A stretch of DNA of 64,000 bases, taken from the NCBI GenBank assembly GCA_965233165.1, contig CBDDRX010000087.1, positions 35 through 64,034 of the forward strand, written 5' to 3'. Below the pieces are notes generated by a model. That model did no database searches. It was not told where the DNA came from and saw only the letters and a program-made list of their open reading frames with translations. A program made the translations under genes and the position numbers. Shown one piece after another: positions 20,913 through 30,217 of the stretch (within the stretch, counting starts at the first letter, position 1; the number at the start of each line of letters is the position of its first letter). This stretch comes from an uncultured bacterium. Its GTDB lineage: Bacteria > Pseudomonadota > Gammaproteobacteria > Burkholderiales > SG8-39.

Positions 20913-21203
20913 CTATTTGAGCTCGATCTCGATGAACGCGAACTCGTGGGCGTTCGGGTTGACGATGTTGTGCTCGACCCCCACGGGACGCGCGTAAGCC
21001 TGGCCAAACTGCAGCTCGGTAACCACGTCCCCATTCGCGGTCTCCGCCAGCAACCGCCCGGCGGTAAGGCACACCACCACGTAGTCGTGCGCATGGCGAT
21101 GCCATCCGGTTTCGCAGCCCGGCTTGAGGCGCCACTCGGTAATGATGACGCGCTCGTTCTCCTGAAGCAGCTTCCCTTCTGCGCGCTCTCGCGGAGTGGG
21201 CAT
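20913..21203 (-). CDS. Small cupin domain protein
   Basis: ENERV..W...PG..TGWHRH..DY, GVEHN.VN, FIEIELK. Confidence 0.85.
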   Translation of the reverse strand: MPTPRERAEGKLLQENERVIITEWRLKPGCETGWHRHAHDYVVVCLTAGRLLAETANGDVVTELQFGQAYARPVGVEHNIVNPNAHEFAFIEIELK

Positions 21204-21208
21204 ACTCG

Positions 21209-21469
21209 TTAACCGGCCCGCGCCGCTTTTGCGCGCGGGCGCGTTGTACGCGCTGCTGGACGCCGACGCCTGGCCTGAAGCACTGAACGCAATGCTTTAT
21301 TGACGGCGACGGAGTCGGGAAACGCCTTTGCAATGTCGCGATCCAGAACGACAACGTTTGAACCCCCGGCCAGAAGTTGCTTGTGGTACTTCCCTCTGAC
21401 GGCCTTTGAATAGTCGAGATCGTATTCGGCTCGCATCTGGGCAACGTGGCTAGTGCGTTTAGGTTTCAT
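21209..21469 (-). CDS. BrnA-like antitoxin
   Basis: MRAEYDLDYSKAVRGKY...VVLDRDIAKAFPDSVAVNKALR; ATG overlaps the end of the toxin remnant. Confidence 0.7.
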   Translation of the reverse strand: MKPKRTSHVAQMRAEYDLDYSKAVRGKYHKQLLAGGSNVVVLDRDIAKAFPDSVAVNKALRSVLQARRRRPAARTTRPRAKAARAG

Positions 21470-21616
21470 GTCGTTTCCGCTCATGAGCGGTAGCTGGGCG
21501 GGCGTTGATGATGCGGATTGTCTCACCCTGTTCGGTATGGACGACCACCAGCAGCCGCTGGCGCGAGGCTTTCTTCGATTGGCTTCGGCCTTCGCACGGT
21601 CCCATTCAAAGTGCAT
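21459..21616 (-). pseudogene. brnT: BrnT-family toxin with internal deletion and frameshift
   Basis: N-terminus MHFEWDRAKAEANRRK in one frame and C-terminus SRQRLLVVVHTEQGETIRIINARPATAHERKRHET* in another; the central HGVSF..F.DP..H...E.R segment is absent. Confidence 0.82.
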
Positions 21617-21666
21617 GGGGCGGACAAATCGTCATGAGGGCTTGCGCCGTGCTCGATAGCGCGATA

Positions 21667-21682
21667 CTGTTGATATGTACAG
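21667..21682. promoter_or_regulatory. LexA (SOS) box upstream of imuA
   Basis: TA-CTGTTGATATGTACAG-TA matches CTGT-N8-ACAG. Confidence 0.9.
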
Positions 21683-21704
21683 TATAGACACGGATCCGAT
21701 CCCC

Positions 21705-22409
21705 ATGGCCCTCACCGAAGCAGTTCTGCAGCAGCACGGCGTCTGGCGCGGGGGGCAGCCGGGGGCGTTTTCCCAAACGGTGCCAACGGGTTATGGCGAG
21801 CTCGCGACGGAGCTGCCGGGCGGGGGGTGGCCGGTCGGAGCGCTGACGGAGCTGCTGGGGCTGCAGGAAGGGATCGGCGAGCTGCAGCTGGTGCTGCCGG
21901 CGCTCGCGAAGCTGACGGCGGCGGGGAAGCGCGTGGTGTGGCTCGCGCCGCCCCATATTCCGTACGCGCCGGCGCTGGCGGCGGCGGGAATCGACCTCGC
22001 GCACCTCGCGGTGATCCGCGCGCCCGGAAGGCGCGACGCGCTGTGGGCGGCGGAGCAGGTGCTGCGCGCGGGCCCCTGCCATGCGCTCCTCGCCTGGTTC
22101 CGCCACGCGCGCTATGAGGAGCTGCGCCGCCTCGCGGTGGCGGCGGAGGCGAGCCGCGCCTTCGTCGCGCTGTTCCGCGCGGCCGAGGCGGCGCGGGAGC
22201 CGTCCCCCGCTTCCCTGAGGATCTTCCTCGAGGGAACGGACGAAGGGCTGAAGCTGCACATCCTGAAGCGCCGCGGCCGCCCGGCCGAGGCGCCGATCCT
22301 CCTACCGGTGACGAGACCCGTCCATGCTCTGGGTCGCCCTGCAATTCCCCCCGCTGCCGCCCGGCACGCTCGAGCACCTCGCGGCCTGGGCCTGCCAATT
22401 CACGCCTAG
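21705..22409 (+). CDS. imuA: ImuA translesion accessory protein
   Basis: VPTGY..L..ELPGGGWPVGALTELL..GIGELQL, PYAPAL, ILKRRG. Confidence 0.93.
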   Translation: MALTEAVLQQHGVWRGGQPGAFSQTVPTGYGELATELPGGGWPVGALTELLGLQEGIGELQLVLPALAKLTAAGKRVVWLAPPHIPYAPALAAAGIDLAHLAVIRAPGRRDALWAAEQVLRAGPCHALLAWFRHARYEELRRLAVAAEASRAFVALFRAAEAAREPSPASLRIFLEGTDEGLKLHILKRRGRPAEAPILLPVTRPVHALGRPAIPPAAARHARAPRGLGLPIHA

Positions 22410-23499
22410 GGTCTCGCCGGAGCCGCCGCAGGCGCTGCTCGCCGAAGTGCAGGGCAGCCTGCGCTACTTCGGCGGCCTCGAGGCGCTGCTGGCGAAGATG
22501 CGCACCGGGCTGGGCGAGCTCGGCTTCGAGGCGACGCTCGCCGTAGCGGCAACCCCGCGGGCTTCGCTGTGGAAGGCGAAGGGAAGAAAGCGCTCGCTGG
22601 ACGAGCTGGCGCTTTCCAGCCTCGGGATCGAAACGGATTTCCTGAAGAGCATCGGTATCTCCACGGTCGGAGACCTGCGGGCGCTGCCGCGCGAGGGCCT
22701 GGCGAGGCGCTGCGACCGGGGAATCCTCGACGACCTCGACCGCGCGCTCGGCGTCCTGCACGAGTCGCGCCGGTTCTTCACGCCGCCGGAGCGCTTCGAC
22801 GCGACGCTCGAGTTGCCCGGCGCCGTCGCCCAGGCCGAAGGGGTGCTCTTCGCCGCACGCCGGCTGCTCGTGCGGCTGGAAGGGCTGCTCGCGGCCAGGC
22901 AGGAGGGAATCAGGGGTTTTGTACTGACATTGATCCATCCTCGGAGAGAGCTGAGTGTAGAAATGCGGCTCGCCTCCGCAGCGAGAGATACGGACCGCTT
23001 CGCGCGGCTGCTGCGCGAGAAGCTGTCCGCGATCGTGCTGCGCGAGCCGGTCGAGGCGATCCGGCTGCGCGCGGCGGATTTCGTGCCGCTGCACCCGGCG
23101 AGCGGCGGCCTGTTCGGCGACCCGCGCACCGAAGGCGAGGATTGGGCGCGGCTCGTCGAGCGCGTGCAGGCGCGCCTGGGCGCCGCGTCCGTCCACGGCC
23201 TGACCGTGCAGCCCGACCATCGCCCGGAGCATGCCTGGCGCCGCGTCGAGCCCGGGGAATGGGACCCGCGCGAGTTCGTCCCGCCGGGGCCGCGCCCGGC
23301 GTGGCTGCTCGAGGCGCCGCGCCGGGTCGCCGCCGAGGCGCTGGAGCTGCTCGCCGGGCCCGAGCGCATCGAATGCGGCTGGTGGGATGGCGACGACGCG
23401 AAGCGCGACTACTTCGTCGCCCGGCAGGGCGCGGCGCTCGTGTGGGCGTACCGGGAAATGACCGACGGCGGATGGTTCGTGCATGGCGTATTTGCCTGA
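22324..23499 (+). CDS. imuB: ImuB Y-family polymerase-like scaffold
   Basis: [48 protein letters not shown]. Confidence 0.93.
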   Translation: MLWVALQFPPLPPGTLEHLAAWACQFTPRVSPEPPQALLAEVQGSLRYFGGLEALLAKMRTGLGELGFEATLAVAATPRASLWKAKGRKRSLDELALSSLGIETDFLKSIGISTVGDLRALPREGLARRCDRGILDDLDRALGVLHESRRFFTPPERFDATLELPGAVAQAEGVLFAARRLLVRLEGLLAARQEGIRGFVLTLIHPRRELSVEMRLASAARDTDRFARLLREKLSAIVLREPVEAIRLRAADFVPLHPASGGLFGDPRTEGEDWARLVERVQARLGAASVHGLTVQPDHRPEHAWRRVEPGEWDPREFVPPGPRPAWLLEAPRRVAAEALELLAGPERIECGWWDGDDAKRDYFVARQGAALVWAYREMTDGGWFVHGVFA

Positions 23500-26452
23500 T
23501 TACGCCGAGCTGCACTGCCTCTCGAACTTCAGCTTCCTGCGCGGCGCATCGCACCCGGAGGAGCTGGCGGAGCGCGCCGCCGCGCTCGGCTACTCGGCCC
23601 TTGCGCTCACCGATGAATGCTCGCTCGCCGGCATGGTGCGCGCGCACGTCGCGGCGAAGGAGCACGGCCTCAAGCTGATCGCCGGCACGGAGATTTCCCT
23701 GGAGGGAACGAAGCTCGTCCTCCTCGCGCCTGACCGGACCGCCTACGGCGCCATCTCGGCACTCATCACGGCAGGGCGCCGGCGCGCGAAGAAAGGGGCG
23801 TACACGCTCGAATGGAACGACTTGCAGGCATTGCCTCGTGCGGGCGTGCTCGCATTGCTCGCCAGTCCCGGAGAACGGAATGCGCCTCCCTTTAAAGATC
23901 TCTTCGGGAAAAACGGCTGGCTGGCGGCCGAATTGCATGCCGGGGCGAACGATCGCGTGAAGCTCGAAGGCCTGAAGGCCCTGTCGGACAGAACCGGGCT
24001 GCGCCTCGCCGCCGCGGGCGACGTGCACATGCACGTGCGCTCGCGCCGGCGGCTGCAGGACGTCCTCGCTGCGACGCGCCTGGGCAAGCCGGTCGCCGCC
24101 TGCGGCCAGGCGCTCTTTCCGAACGCCGAGCGCCACCTGCGCCTGCGCATGCGCCTCGCGCAGCTCTACCCGCCGGAGCTCCTGGAGGAGACGGTGGCGA
24201 TCGCCGATCGCTGCGCGTTCTCGATGGACGAGCTGCGCTACGAGTATCCCGAGGAGCTCGTCCCGCCGGGGGAGACGCCGGCGACCTGGCTGCGCAAGCT
24301 GACCGAGGAAGGATTGCGCTGGAGGTTTCCGCACGGGATTTCTCCCAAGGTGAGGAATCTCGTCGACCACGAGCTTGCCCTCGTGGAGGAGCTGAAGTAC
24401 GAGCCGTTCTTCCTCACGGTGCACGACGTGGTGCGGTTCGCGCGCGGCCGCGGCATCCTGTGCCAGGGGCGCGGCTCGGCGGCGAACTCGGCGGTGTGCT
24501 ACGCGCTCGGCATCACCGAGGTCGACCCGGCGCGCATGAGCATGCTCTTCGAGCGCTTCGTCTCGCGCGAGCGCAACGAGCCGCCGGACATCGACGTCGA
24601 CTTCGAGCACCAGCGCCGCGAGGAGGTGATCCAGTACCTCTACGAGAAATACGGCCGCGGCCGCGCCGCGCTCGCGGCCACGGTGATCTGCTACCGCGCG
24701 CGCAGCGCCATCCGCGACGTCGGCAAGGCGCTGGGAATCGGGGAAGCGGAGGTTGACCAGACCGCCAAGGGGGTATTGCATTTTGATGAACTGAAACCCG
24801 AAACCCCCTGGCTCGATCTCGCCGCGCAGCTGCGCGGCTTCCCGCGCCACCTCTCGCAGCACACCGGCGGGTTCGTGATCTCCCGCGGTCCGCTCTCCGA
24901 GCTGGTGCCGGTCGAGAACGCGGCGATGCCCGGGCGCACGGTGATCCAGTGGGACAAGGACGACCTCGAGGCGCTCGGCCTGCTCAAGGTGGATGTTCTT
25001 GCGCTGGGAATGTTGTCCGCGATCCGCCGCTGTCTGGATTTCATCGGGATGAAGATCGATGAGATCCCCGCCGACGACGCGGCGACGTACGCGATGATCC
25101 AGAAGGCGGACACGGTGGGCGTGTTCCAGATCGAGTCGCGCGCGCAGATGAGCATGCTGCCGCGCCTGCGGCCGGAGAATTTCTACGACCTGGTGATCGA
25201 GGTGGCGATCGTGCGCCCCGGGCCGATCCAGGGCGGGATGGTGCATCCCTACCTGAGAAACAGAAAAAAGAATCCTGAAGAAATCATTTATCCCAGCGAG
25301 GCAGTGAAGGGGGTGCTGCAGCGTACGCTCGGCGTGCCGATCTTCCAGGAGCAGGTGATGCAGCTCGCCATGGTCGCCGCGGGCTTCACGGCGGGGGACG
25401 CGGACCGGCTGCGCCGGGCGATGGCGGCCTGGAAGAGAAAAGGCGGCCTGGAGCCTTTCGAGAGAAAACTGAAGGACGGGATGCGCATGAACGGCTATGG
25501 CGCGGATTTCGCCGATGCGCTTTACCGCCAGATCCTCGGCTTCGGCGAATACGGCTTCCCGGAGTCGCACTCGGCGAGCTTCGCGCTGCTCGTCTACGTC
25601 TCCTCCTGGCTCAAGTGCCACCACCCGGCGGCGTTCTGCGCGGCGCTGCTGAACAGCCAGCCGATGGGCTTCTACGCGCCGGCGCAGCTCGTGCAGGACG
25701 CCCGCCGCCACGGGGTCGAGGTGCGCGGGCCGGACGTGAACGCGAGCGAATGGGACTGCACGCTGGAGCAGGGCGCGCTGCGCCTCGGGCTCCGGATGGC
25801 GGGTGGGCTGGGCGAGGCGGCGGGCCGGAAGATTGCCTCGGGAAGGCCGTACCGGTCCGTCCAGGAGCTCTCGGCGTTGAACAGGAAAGACCTGCGTGCC
25901 CTCGCGCAAGCCGGCGCCCTCCAGTCCCTCGCGAGGCACCGGCGCATCGCGCAGTGGGAAGCCGCCGGCGTCGAGCGCCTGCCGCTCCTCGCCGCGCCAG
26001 CGAGCGAGCGCGTCCCCGGCCTGCGCGCGCCGACGGAAGGGCAGGACATCGTCGCCGACTACGCCAGCCTCGGCCTCACGCTGGGCCGGCACCCGCTTGC
26101 CCTTTTACGGAAAAGACTTTCTTTCATGAAACTCGCGCGATCCGATCAGCTGCGCGAAGTGCCCCATGGACGCCCGGCGAAGACGGCGGGGCTGGTGACC
26201 TGCCGGCAGCGGCCGGATACGGCGAGCGGCGTCGTCTTCGTCACCCTGGAGGACGAAACGGGCTGCACCAACGTGGTGGTCTGGCGCCACCTGGTGGAGC
26301 GCCAGCGCCGGGAGCTGCTCGGCGCCCGCCTGCTGGGCGTGGAGGGGATCATCGAGCGCGACGGAGAGGTGGTGCACCTCGTGGCAAGGCGGCTTTTCGA
26401 CCACAGCGCCCTGCTCGGGCCCCTCCAAGCGGAGTCCAGGGATTTTAAATAA
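23483..26452 (+). CDS. dnaE2: Error-prone DNA polymerase DnaE2 (ImuC)
   Basis: [46 protein letters not shown]-terminal SRDF. Confidence 0.96.
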   Translation: MAYLPDYAELHCLSNFSFLRGASHPEELAERAAALGYSALALTDECSLAGMVRAHVAAKEHGLKLIAGTEISLEGTKLVLLAPDRTAYGAISALITAGRRRAKKGAYTLEWNDLQALPRAGVLALLASPGERNAPPFKDLFGKNGWLAAELHAGANDRVKLEGLKALSDRTGLRLAAAGDVHMHVRSRRRLQDVLAATRLGKPVAACGQALFPNAERHLRLRMRLAQLYPPELLEETVAIADRCAFSMDELRYEYPEELVPPGETPATWLRKLTEEGLRWRFPHGISPKVRNLVDHELALVEELKYEPFFLTVHDVVRFARGRGILCQGRGSAANSAVCYALGITEVDPARMSMLFERFVSRERNEPPDIDVDFEHQRREEVIQYLYEKYGRGRAALAATVICYRARSAIRDVGKALGIGEAEVDQTAKGVLHFDELKPETPWLDLAAQLRGFPRHLSQHTGGFVISRGPLSELVPVENAAMPGRTVIQWDKDDLEALGLLKVDVLALGMLSAIRRCLDFIGMKIDEIPADDAATYAMIQKADTVGVFQIESRAQMSMLPRLRPENFYDLVIEVAIVRPGPIQGGMVHPYLRNRKKNPEEIIYPSEAVKGVLQRTLGVPIFQEQVMQLAMVAAGFTAGDADRLRRAMAAWKRKGGLEPFERKLKDGMRMNGYGADFADALYRQILGFGEYGFPESHSASFALLVYVSSWLKCHHPAAFCAALLNSQPMGFYAPAQLVQDARRHGVEVRGPDVNASEWDCTLEQGALRLGLRMAGGLGEAAGRKIASGRPYRSVQELSALNRKDLRALAQAGALQSLARHRRIAQWEAAGVERLPLLAAPASERVPGLRAPTEGQDIVADYASLGLTLGRHPLALLRKRLSFMKLARSDQLREVPHGRPAKTAGLVTCRQRPDTASGVVFVTLEDETGCTNVVVWRHLVERQRRELLGARLLGVEGIIERDGEVVHLVARRLFDHSALLGPLQAESRDFK

Positions 26453-26471
26453 ACCCGAAAAGCCGGGTTTT
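26451..26471 (+). terminator. Probable terminator after dnaE2
   Basis: AAACCCG-AAAAGC-CGGGTTTT hairpin at the stop codon. Confidence 0.55.
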
Positions 26472-26489
26472 CACTAGTATGGGAGAGCG

Positions 26490-27032
26490 ATGGCGGCTAC
26501 CGTCGACATCCTCGGCCTGATCGCCGCGCGGAAGGACCGGCGGCCTGCGCGTTCCTATCCGGCGGTGGATGCGCTTTTCCGGCGCCTTGCCGCCGCCGCG
26601 CATGCCGCCGAGGCCGCTGCCGCGGAAGACTGCATCTGGGATGCGTGGATGCACCATCCCCACCGCGCCGCCGCGCAAGTGCTTGCCCGCGCGACCGACG
26701 ACATCGCCGCCCGCCGCTACGACATCGCCGAGACGCGGCTGACGGCGCTCCTGCGCAGCGCGCCGGACTTCGCCGAGGCCTGGCACAAGCGCGCCACGCT
26801 CTTCTACCTCCTCGGGCGCGACGAGGAATGCCTGCGCGACATCCGCCGCACGCTGGAGCTCGAGCCGAGGCACTTCGCCGCCATGCTGCATTTCGCCGAG
26901 ATCCTCCTGGCGCCGTCCCCGGACGGGCGCGCGCCGGAGGCGGTGCGGCTCGCCTGCTTCGCCGCGCTGGCGCTCCACCCGCACCTTTCCCGCGCGCGCG
27001 AGCTTCTCGAAAGCCGGGTTGACAAACCCTGA
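26490..27032 (+). CDS. TPR repeat protein
   Basis: IWDAW, APDFAEAWHKRATLFYL, LELEPRHFAA, ALALHP. Confidence 0.82.
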   Translation: MAATVDILGLIAARKDRRPARSYPAVDALFRRLAAAAHAAEAAAAEDCIWDAWMHHPHRAAAQVLARATDDIAARRYDIAETRLTALLRSAPDFAEAWHKRATLFYLLGRDEECLRDIRRTLELEPRHFAAMLHFAEILLAPSPDGRAPEAVRLACFAALALHPHLSRARELLESRVDKP

Positions 27033-27048
27033 CAGACAAACCCTGACA
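27021..27048 (+). repeat. Perfect 14-bp tandem duplication
   Basis: GACAAACCCTGACA x2 spanning the TPR gene stop codon. Confidence 0.85.
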
Positions 27049-27101
27049 CCGGCCGCGAACCGGGGCAGGGCCGCAGGGAGAGCGGCACCTATAATCGCGC
27101 G

Positions 27102-27407
27102 ATGGAACAACAAAACCACACGGTGGTCGTCGACAAGCAACTCGAGGATCTCATCCCGGTGTTCATGAAGAACCGGCACAAGGAAGTCGAGACGCTGAAG
27201 GCCGCGCTCGCGGCGGCGGACTTCGAGCAGCTCCGCCAGCTCGGGCACCGCATGAAGGGCGTCGGCAACTCCTACGGCTTCGAGCGCGTCTCGGTCATCG
27301 GCCGCCAGCTGGAGGACGGGGCGCGCAGCGGCGACCGGGCGGGGCTCGCGTCGCGCATCGCCGAGTACGCCGACTATCTGGCGAAGGTGCAGGTGGTCTT
27401 CGAATGA
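27102..27407 (+). CDS. Stand-alone Hpt phosphotransfer protein
   Basis: LGHRMKGVGNSYGF..VS.IG..LE Hpt motif; TATAAT at 27090-27095. Confidence 0.9.
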   Translation: MEQQNHTVVVDKQLEDLIPVFMKNRHKEVETLKAALAAADFEQLRQLGHRMKGVGNSYGFERVSVIGRQLEDGARSGDRAGLASRIAEYADYLAKVQVVFE

Positions 27408-28546
27408 TGGAAGCGGCCGCGCCGGTCCGCGCGTCGCAGCTCCAGGGCTTCCGCGTCCTGGTCGTGGACGACGACCCCGACATGGCGGCCCTTCTCGAGC
27501 GGCTGCTGAAGAAGGAGGGCATGGCCGTCGATACCGCGTTCGACGGCGACACCGCGCTGGTCAACGCGATGTCGTCCGCGCCCGACCTCATCCTGCTCGA
27601 CGTCATGATGCCCGGGCTGTCCGGGTTCGAGGTGTGCGAGCGCCTGAAGGGCGACGAGGCCACGGCGCTCATCCCGATCGTCCTGGTCACCGCGCTCGAG
27701 GACACGCAGAGCCGCGTGCGCGGCATCGAGGCGGGCTGCGACGACTTCCTCTCCAAGCCGATCCGCGCGGAAGAGCTGATCGCCCGGGTCAAGTCGCTGC
27801 GCCGCCTGCACGAGACGCGACGCGAGCTGGAGGCGCGCCGCCTCGCCGCCGAATACCAGCGCAAGGAGACGATCCGCAAGGCGTTCCTGCGCTACGTCTC
27901 GCCGCGCCTCGCCGAGCGGATCATCGCCGGCCTCGGCCAGGACGACGGCCCGTTCCAGAGCCACGCGCAGCGGATCAACGTGGTCGCGCTGTTCGCCGAC
28001 CTGCGCGGCTTCACCCGCCTCACCGAGTCGGTGGACGTCGACAAGGTGGTCGGGATGCTGAACGAGTACTTCGCCGTCACCACCGAGGCGGCCTACCGGC
28101 AGGAAGGGACGATCTTCAGCATCTCCGGCGACTGCCTGCTGGTCGGGTTCAACGTCCCGTTCCCGCAGGCCGACGCGACGGTGCGCGCGTGGCGCGCCGC
28201 GCAGGACATGATCGCCAGCTTCGCCCCGGTTCTCACCAACTGGACCGGGCGGGGCGGGGTCTCCACCGGCATGGGCATCGGCATCGCCTCCGGCGAGGCG
28301 ATCATCGGCAACATCGGCTCGCCGCACCACATGAGCTACACGATCATCGGCGACGCCGTGAACACCGCCGCGCGCCTGATGCAGATGGCGCGCGCCGGCG
28401 AGCTGCTCGTCTCCGGGCCGGTCTACGAGGAGATCCGCGCGCTCGTGCCCGCGGCCAGCGTCGCCGCGCGCGGCAACATCGCCCTGCGCGGGAAGTCGGA
28501 AGCGACCGCGGTCTACTCGATCGAGCTCGGAACGGTGCCGGCGTGA
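27404..28546 (+). CDS. Receiver plus class III nucleotidyl (adenylate/guanylate) cyclase
   Basis: REC (VDDD, LLDVMMP, LSKP); cyclase LFADLRGFT, SISGD, GIGIASG, YTIIGDAVNTAARL. Confidence 0.92.
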   Translation: MMEAAAPVRASQLQGFRVLVVDDDPDMAALLERLLKKEGMAVDTAFDGDTALVNAMSSAPDLILLDVMMPGLSGFEVCERLKGDEATALIPIVLVTALEDTQSRVRGIEAGCDDFLSKPIRAEELIARVKSLRRLHETRRELEARRLAAEYQRKETIRKAFLRYVSPRLAERIIAGLGQDDGPFQSHAQRINVVALFADLRGFTRLTESVDVDKVVGMLNEYFAVTTEAAYRQEGTIFSISGDCLLVGFNVPFPQADATVRAWRAAQDMIASFAPVLTNWTGRGGVSTGMGIGIASGEAIIGNIGSPHHMSYTIIGDAVNTAARLMQMARAGELLVSGPVYEEIRALVPAASVAARGNIALRGKSEATAVYSIELGTVPA

Positions 28547-29811
28547 AAGTCCTGATCATCGACGACGACGAGGACCTGCGCACCCTCATCGAGCATTTCA
28601 TCAAGGGCCACTGGGAGGACGCCGAGGTCGACCAGTACGACCCGAAGGAACGCGACATGCCGGACGCGGCCTTCCAGCTCGGGCGCTACGACGTGATGAT
28701 CCTCGACTACATGCTCGGGCGCGGCGACGGCCTGCAGTGGCTGGCACAGTTCAAGAAGCGCCACGACTGCCCGCCGGTGCTGTTCCTGACCGGCGCCGGC
28801 AACGAGATCATCGCCGTGCGCGCCATGAAGGCCGGCGCGGACGACTACCAGCGCAAGCAGGAGCTCTCGCGCGAGCGCCTGGTCTCGGCGATCCGGGGCC
28901 TGGTGCGCGAGGGCCACGAGAAGACCCTGCCGCCCGAGCTTGCCGCGCGCCTGGCAGGCGAGTCGCTCGGGGCGAAGATCCGCATCCCCGGCATCAAGGT
29001 GCTCCGCCTGATCGGCGAGGGCGGCATGTCCCGTGTCTATCTCGCCTCGCGCGAGTCGGACGACGAGCCGCTGGTGGTGAAGATCCTGCGCAGCGAGATC
29101 CTCTCCGACAAGAAGGCGCTCTCCCGCTTCCTCGAGGAGTACGCGATGATCGAGCGCATCCAGAGCCGGCACGTGGCGCGCATCCACAGCCATGGCACCT
29201 CGGAGGAGCATGCCTACCTGGTGATGGAGTTCTTCGAAGGCGGCGATCTGAGCAAGCGCATGGACGGGCGGGCGCTGCAGCCCGACGACGCGCTGCGCCT
29301 GTTCCGCGAGCTGATGTTCGCCCTGGGCGACATCCACGAGAAGGGCATCCTGCACCGCGACCTGAAGCCGCAGAACATGATGTTCCGCTCCGACGGCAGT
29401 CTCGCCCTCGTGGACTTCGGCATCGCCAAGCACATCGACGCCGCCGACCGCACCGGGCACGGCGAGATCCTCGGCACGCCGCGCTACATGAGCCCCGAGC
29501 AGGTGCAGGGCAAGGTGCTCGACCTGCGCACCGACATCTACAGCGCCGGGGTGCTCCTGTTCCAGATGCTCACCGGGCAGCACATGTTCGACGGCGAGAC
29601 GGCGATCGAGGTGGCCATGCACCACGTCAACTCGCAGCCGCCCTCCCTGCCGGAAGAGCTCGCGCCGTACCAGCGGCTGCTGGACAAGCTGGTGGAGAAG
29701 GACCGCGACGCGCGCTTCCGCAATTCCGACGAGGTGATCGGCTTCCTGTCGCGCAAGTTCTACCAGGGCACCGGCGCTATCGGCGCCGATCGTACCGCGC
29801 GCCTCGCCTAG
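28543..29811 (+). CDS. Receiver plus Hanks-type Ser/Thr protein kinase
   Basis: GTGA overlap with the cyclase stop; REC (IDDD, ILDY, FLT, QRK); kinase GEGGMSRVY, VVK, HRDLKPQN, DFG, GTPRYMSPE. Confidence 0.92.
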   Translation: MKVLIIDDDEDLRTLIEHFIKGHWEDAEVDQYDPKERDMPDAAFQLGRYDVMILDYMLGRGDGLQWLAQFKKRHDCPPVLFLTGAGNEIIAVRAMKAGADDYQRKQELSRERLVSAIRGLVREGHEKTLPPELAARLAGESLGAKIRIPGIKVLRLIGEGGMSRVYLASRESDDEPLVVKILRSEILSDKKALSRFLEEYAMIERIQSRHVARIHSHGTSEEHAYLVMEFFEGGDLSKRMDGRALQPDDALRLFRELMFALGDIHEKGILHRDLKPQNMMFRSDGSLALVDFGIAKHIDAADRTGHGEILGTPRYMSPEQVQGKVLDLRTDIYSAGVLLFQMLTGQHMFDGETAIEVAMHHVNSQPPSLPEELAPYQRLLDKLVEKDRDARFRNSDEVIGFLSRKFYQGTGAIGADRTARLA

Positions 29812-29814
29812 CTT

Positions 29815-30204
29815 CTAGGGAAGCTTCGCCCAGATTCCGCGCAGCTGGTCGGGGAGGTCCTTGGGGGAGAAGGGCTTGGAGATCGACCCCGCGGCGCCCA
29901 TGCGCAGGAGGTCGTCGAGCTCCGCCTGCGAGGCCTTGGCGGTGATGAAGACCACCGGCAGGGCGCTCGTCTCGGGGGTCTCCTTCATCTTCTTGAAGAG
30001 GGCCGGGCCGTCCATGCCCGGCATCATCCAGTCGAGCAGCACGAGGTCCGGCCCGAATTTCTTCATCGCCTCGATGGCGACCATCGGGTCGCCGACGACC
30101 TCGATCGACATCTTGCCGACGCGCTCGAGCGAGAGGCGCACGATGCGCTGGATGTCCTCGTCGTCCTCGTCGTAGCAGATCTTGTTGAGAGGCCGGTCGG
30201 GCAA
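29815..30204 (-). CDS. Single-domain response regulator
   Basis: EDDED, LLDWMMPGMDG, FITAK, ISKPF. Confidence 0.9.
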   Translation of the reverse strand: MPDRPLNKICYDEDDEDIQRIVRLSLERVGKMSIEVVGDPMVAIEAMKKFGPDLVLLDWMMPGMDGPALFKKMKETPETSALPVVFITAKASQAELDDLLRMGAAGSISKPFSPKDLPDQLRGIWAKLP

Positions 30205-30217
30205 GCGCTGCTCCTTC

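Noticed and set aside
22910-26092. Very long antisense and alternate-frame ORFs (also 2355-4445, 7737-9542, 30182-32017, 61035-63782)
   Set aside because: Shadows of real genes caused by high GC3 and few stop codons; Arg/Ala/Pro-rich with no recognisable motifs
27404-28546. Pycsar/CBASS-type anti-phage system
   Set aside because: The cyclase is REC-fused and lies in a phosphorelay; no adjacent cNMP-binding TM/TIR effector or CD-NTase
30160-30180. Receiver beta-1 reads CYDEDD where a hydrophobic residue (CYVEDD) is expected
   Set aside because: A single-base difference (GTC to GAC) that could be a sequencing error or private mutation; cannot be judged without reads
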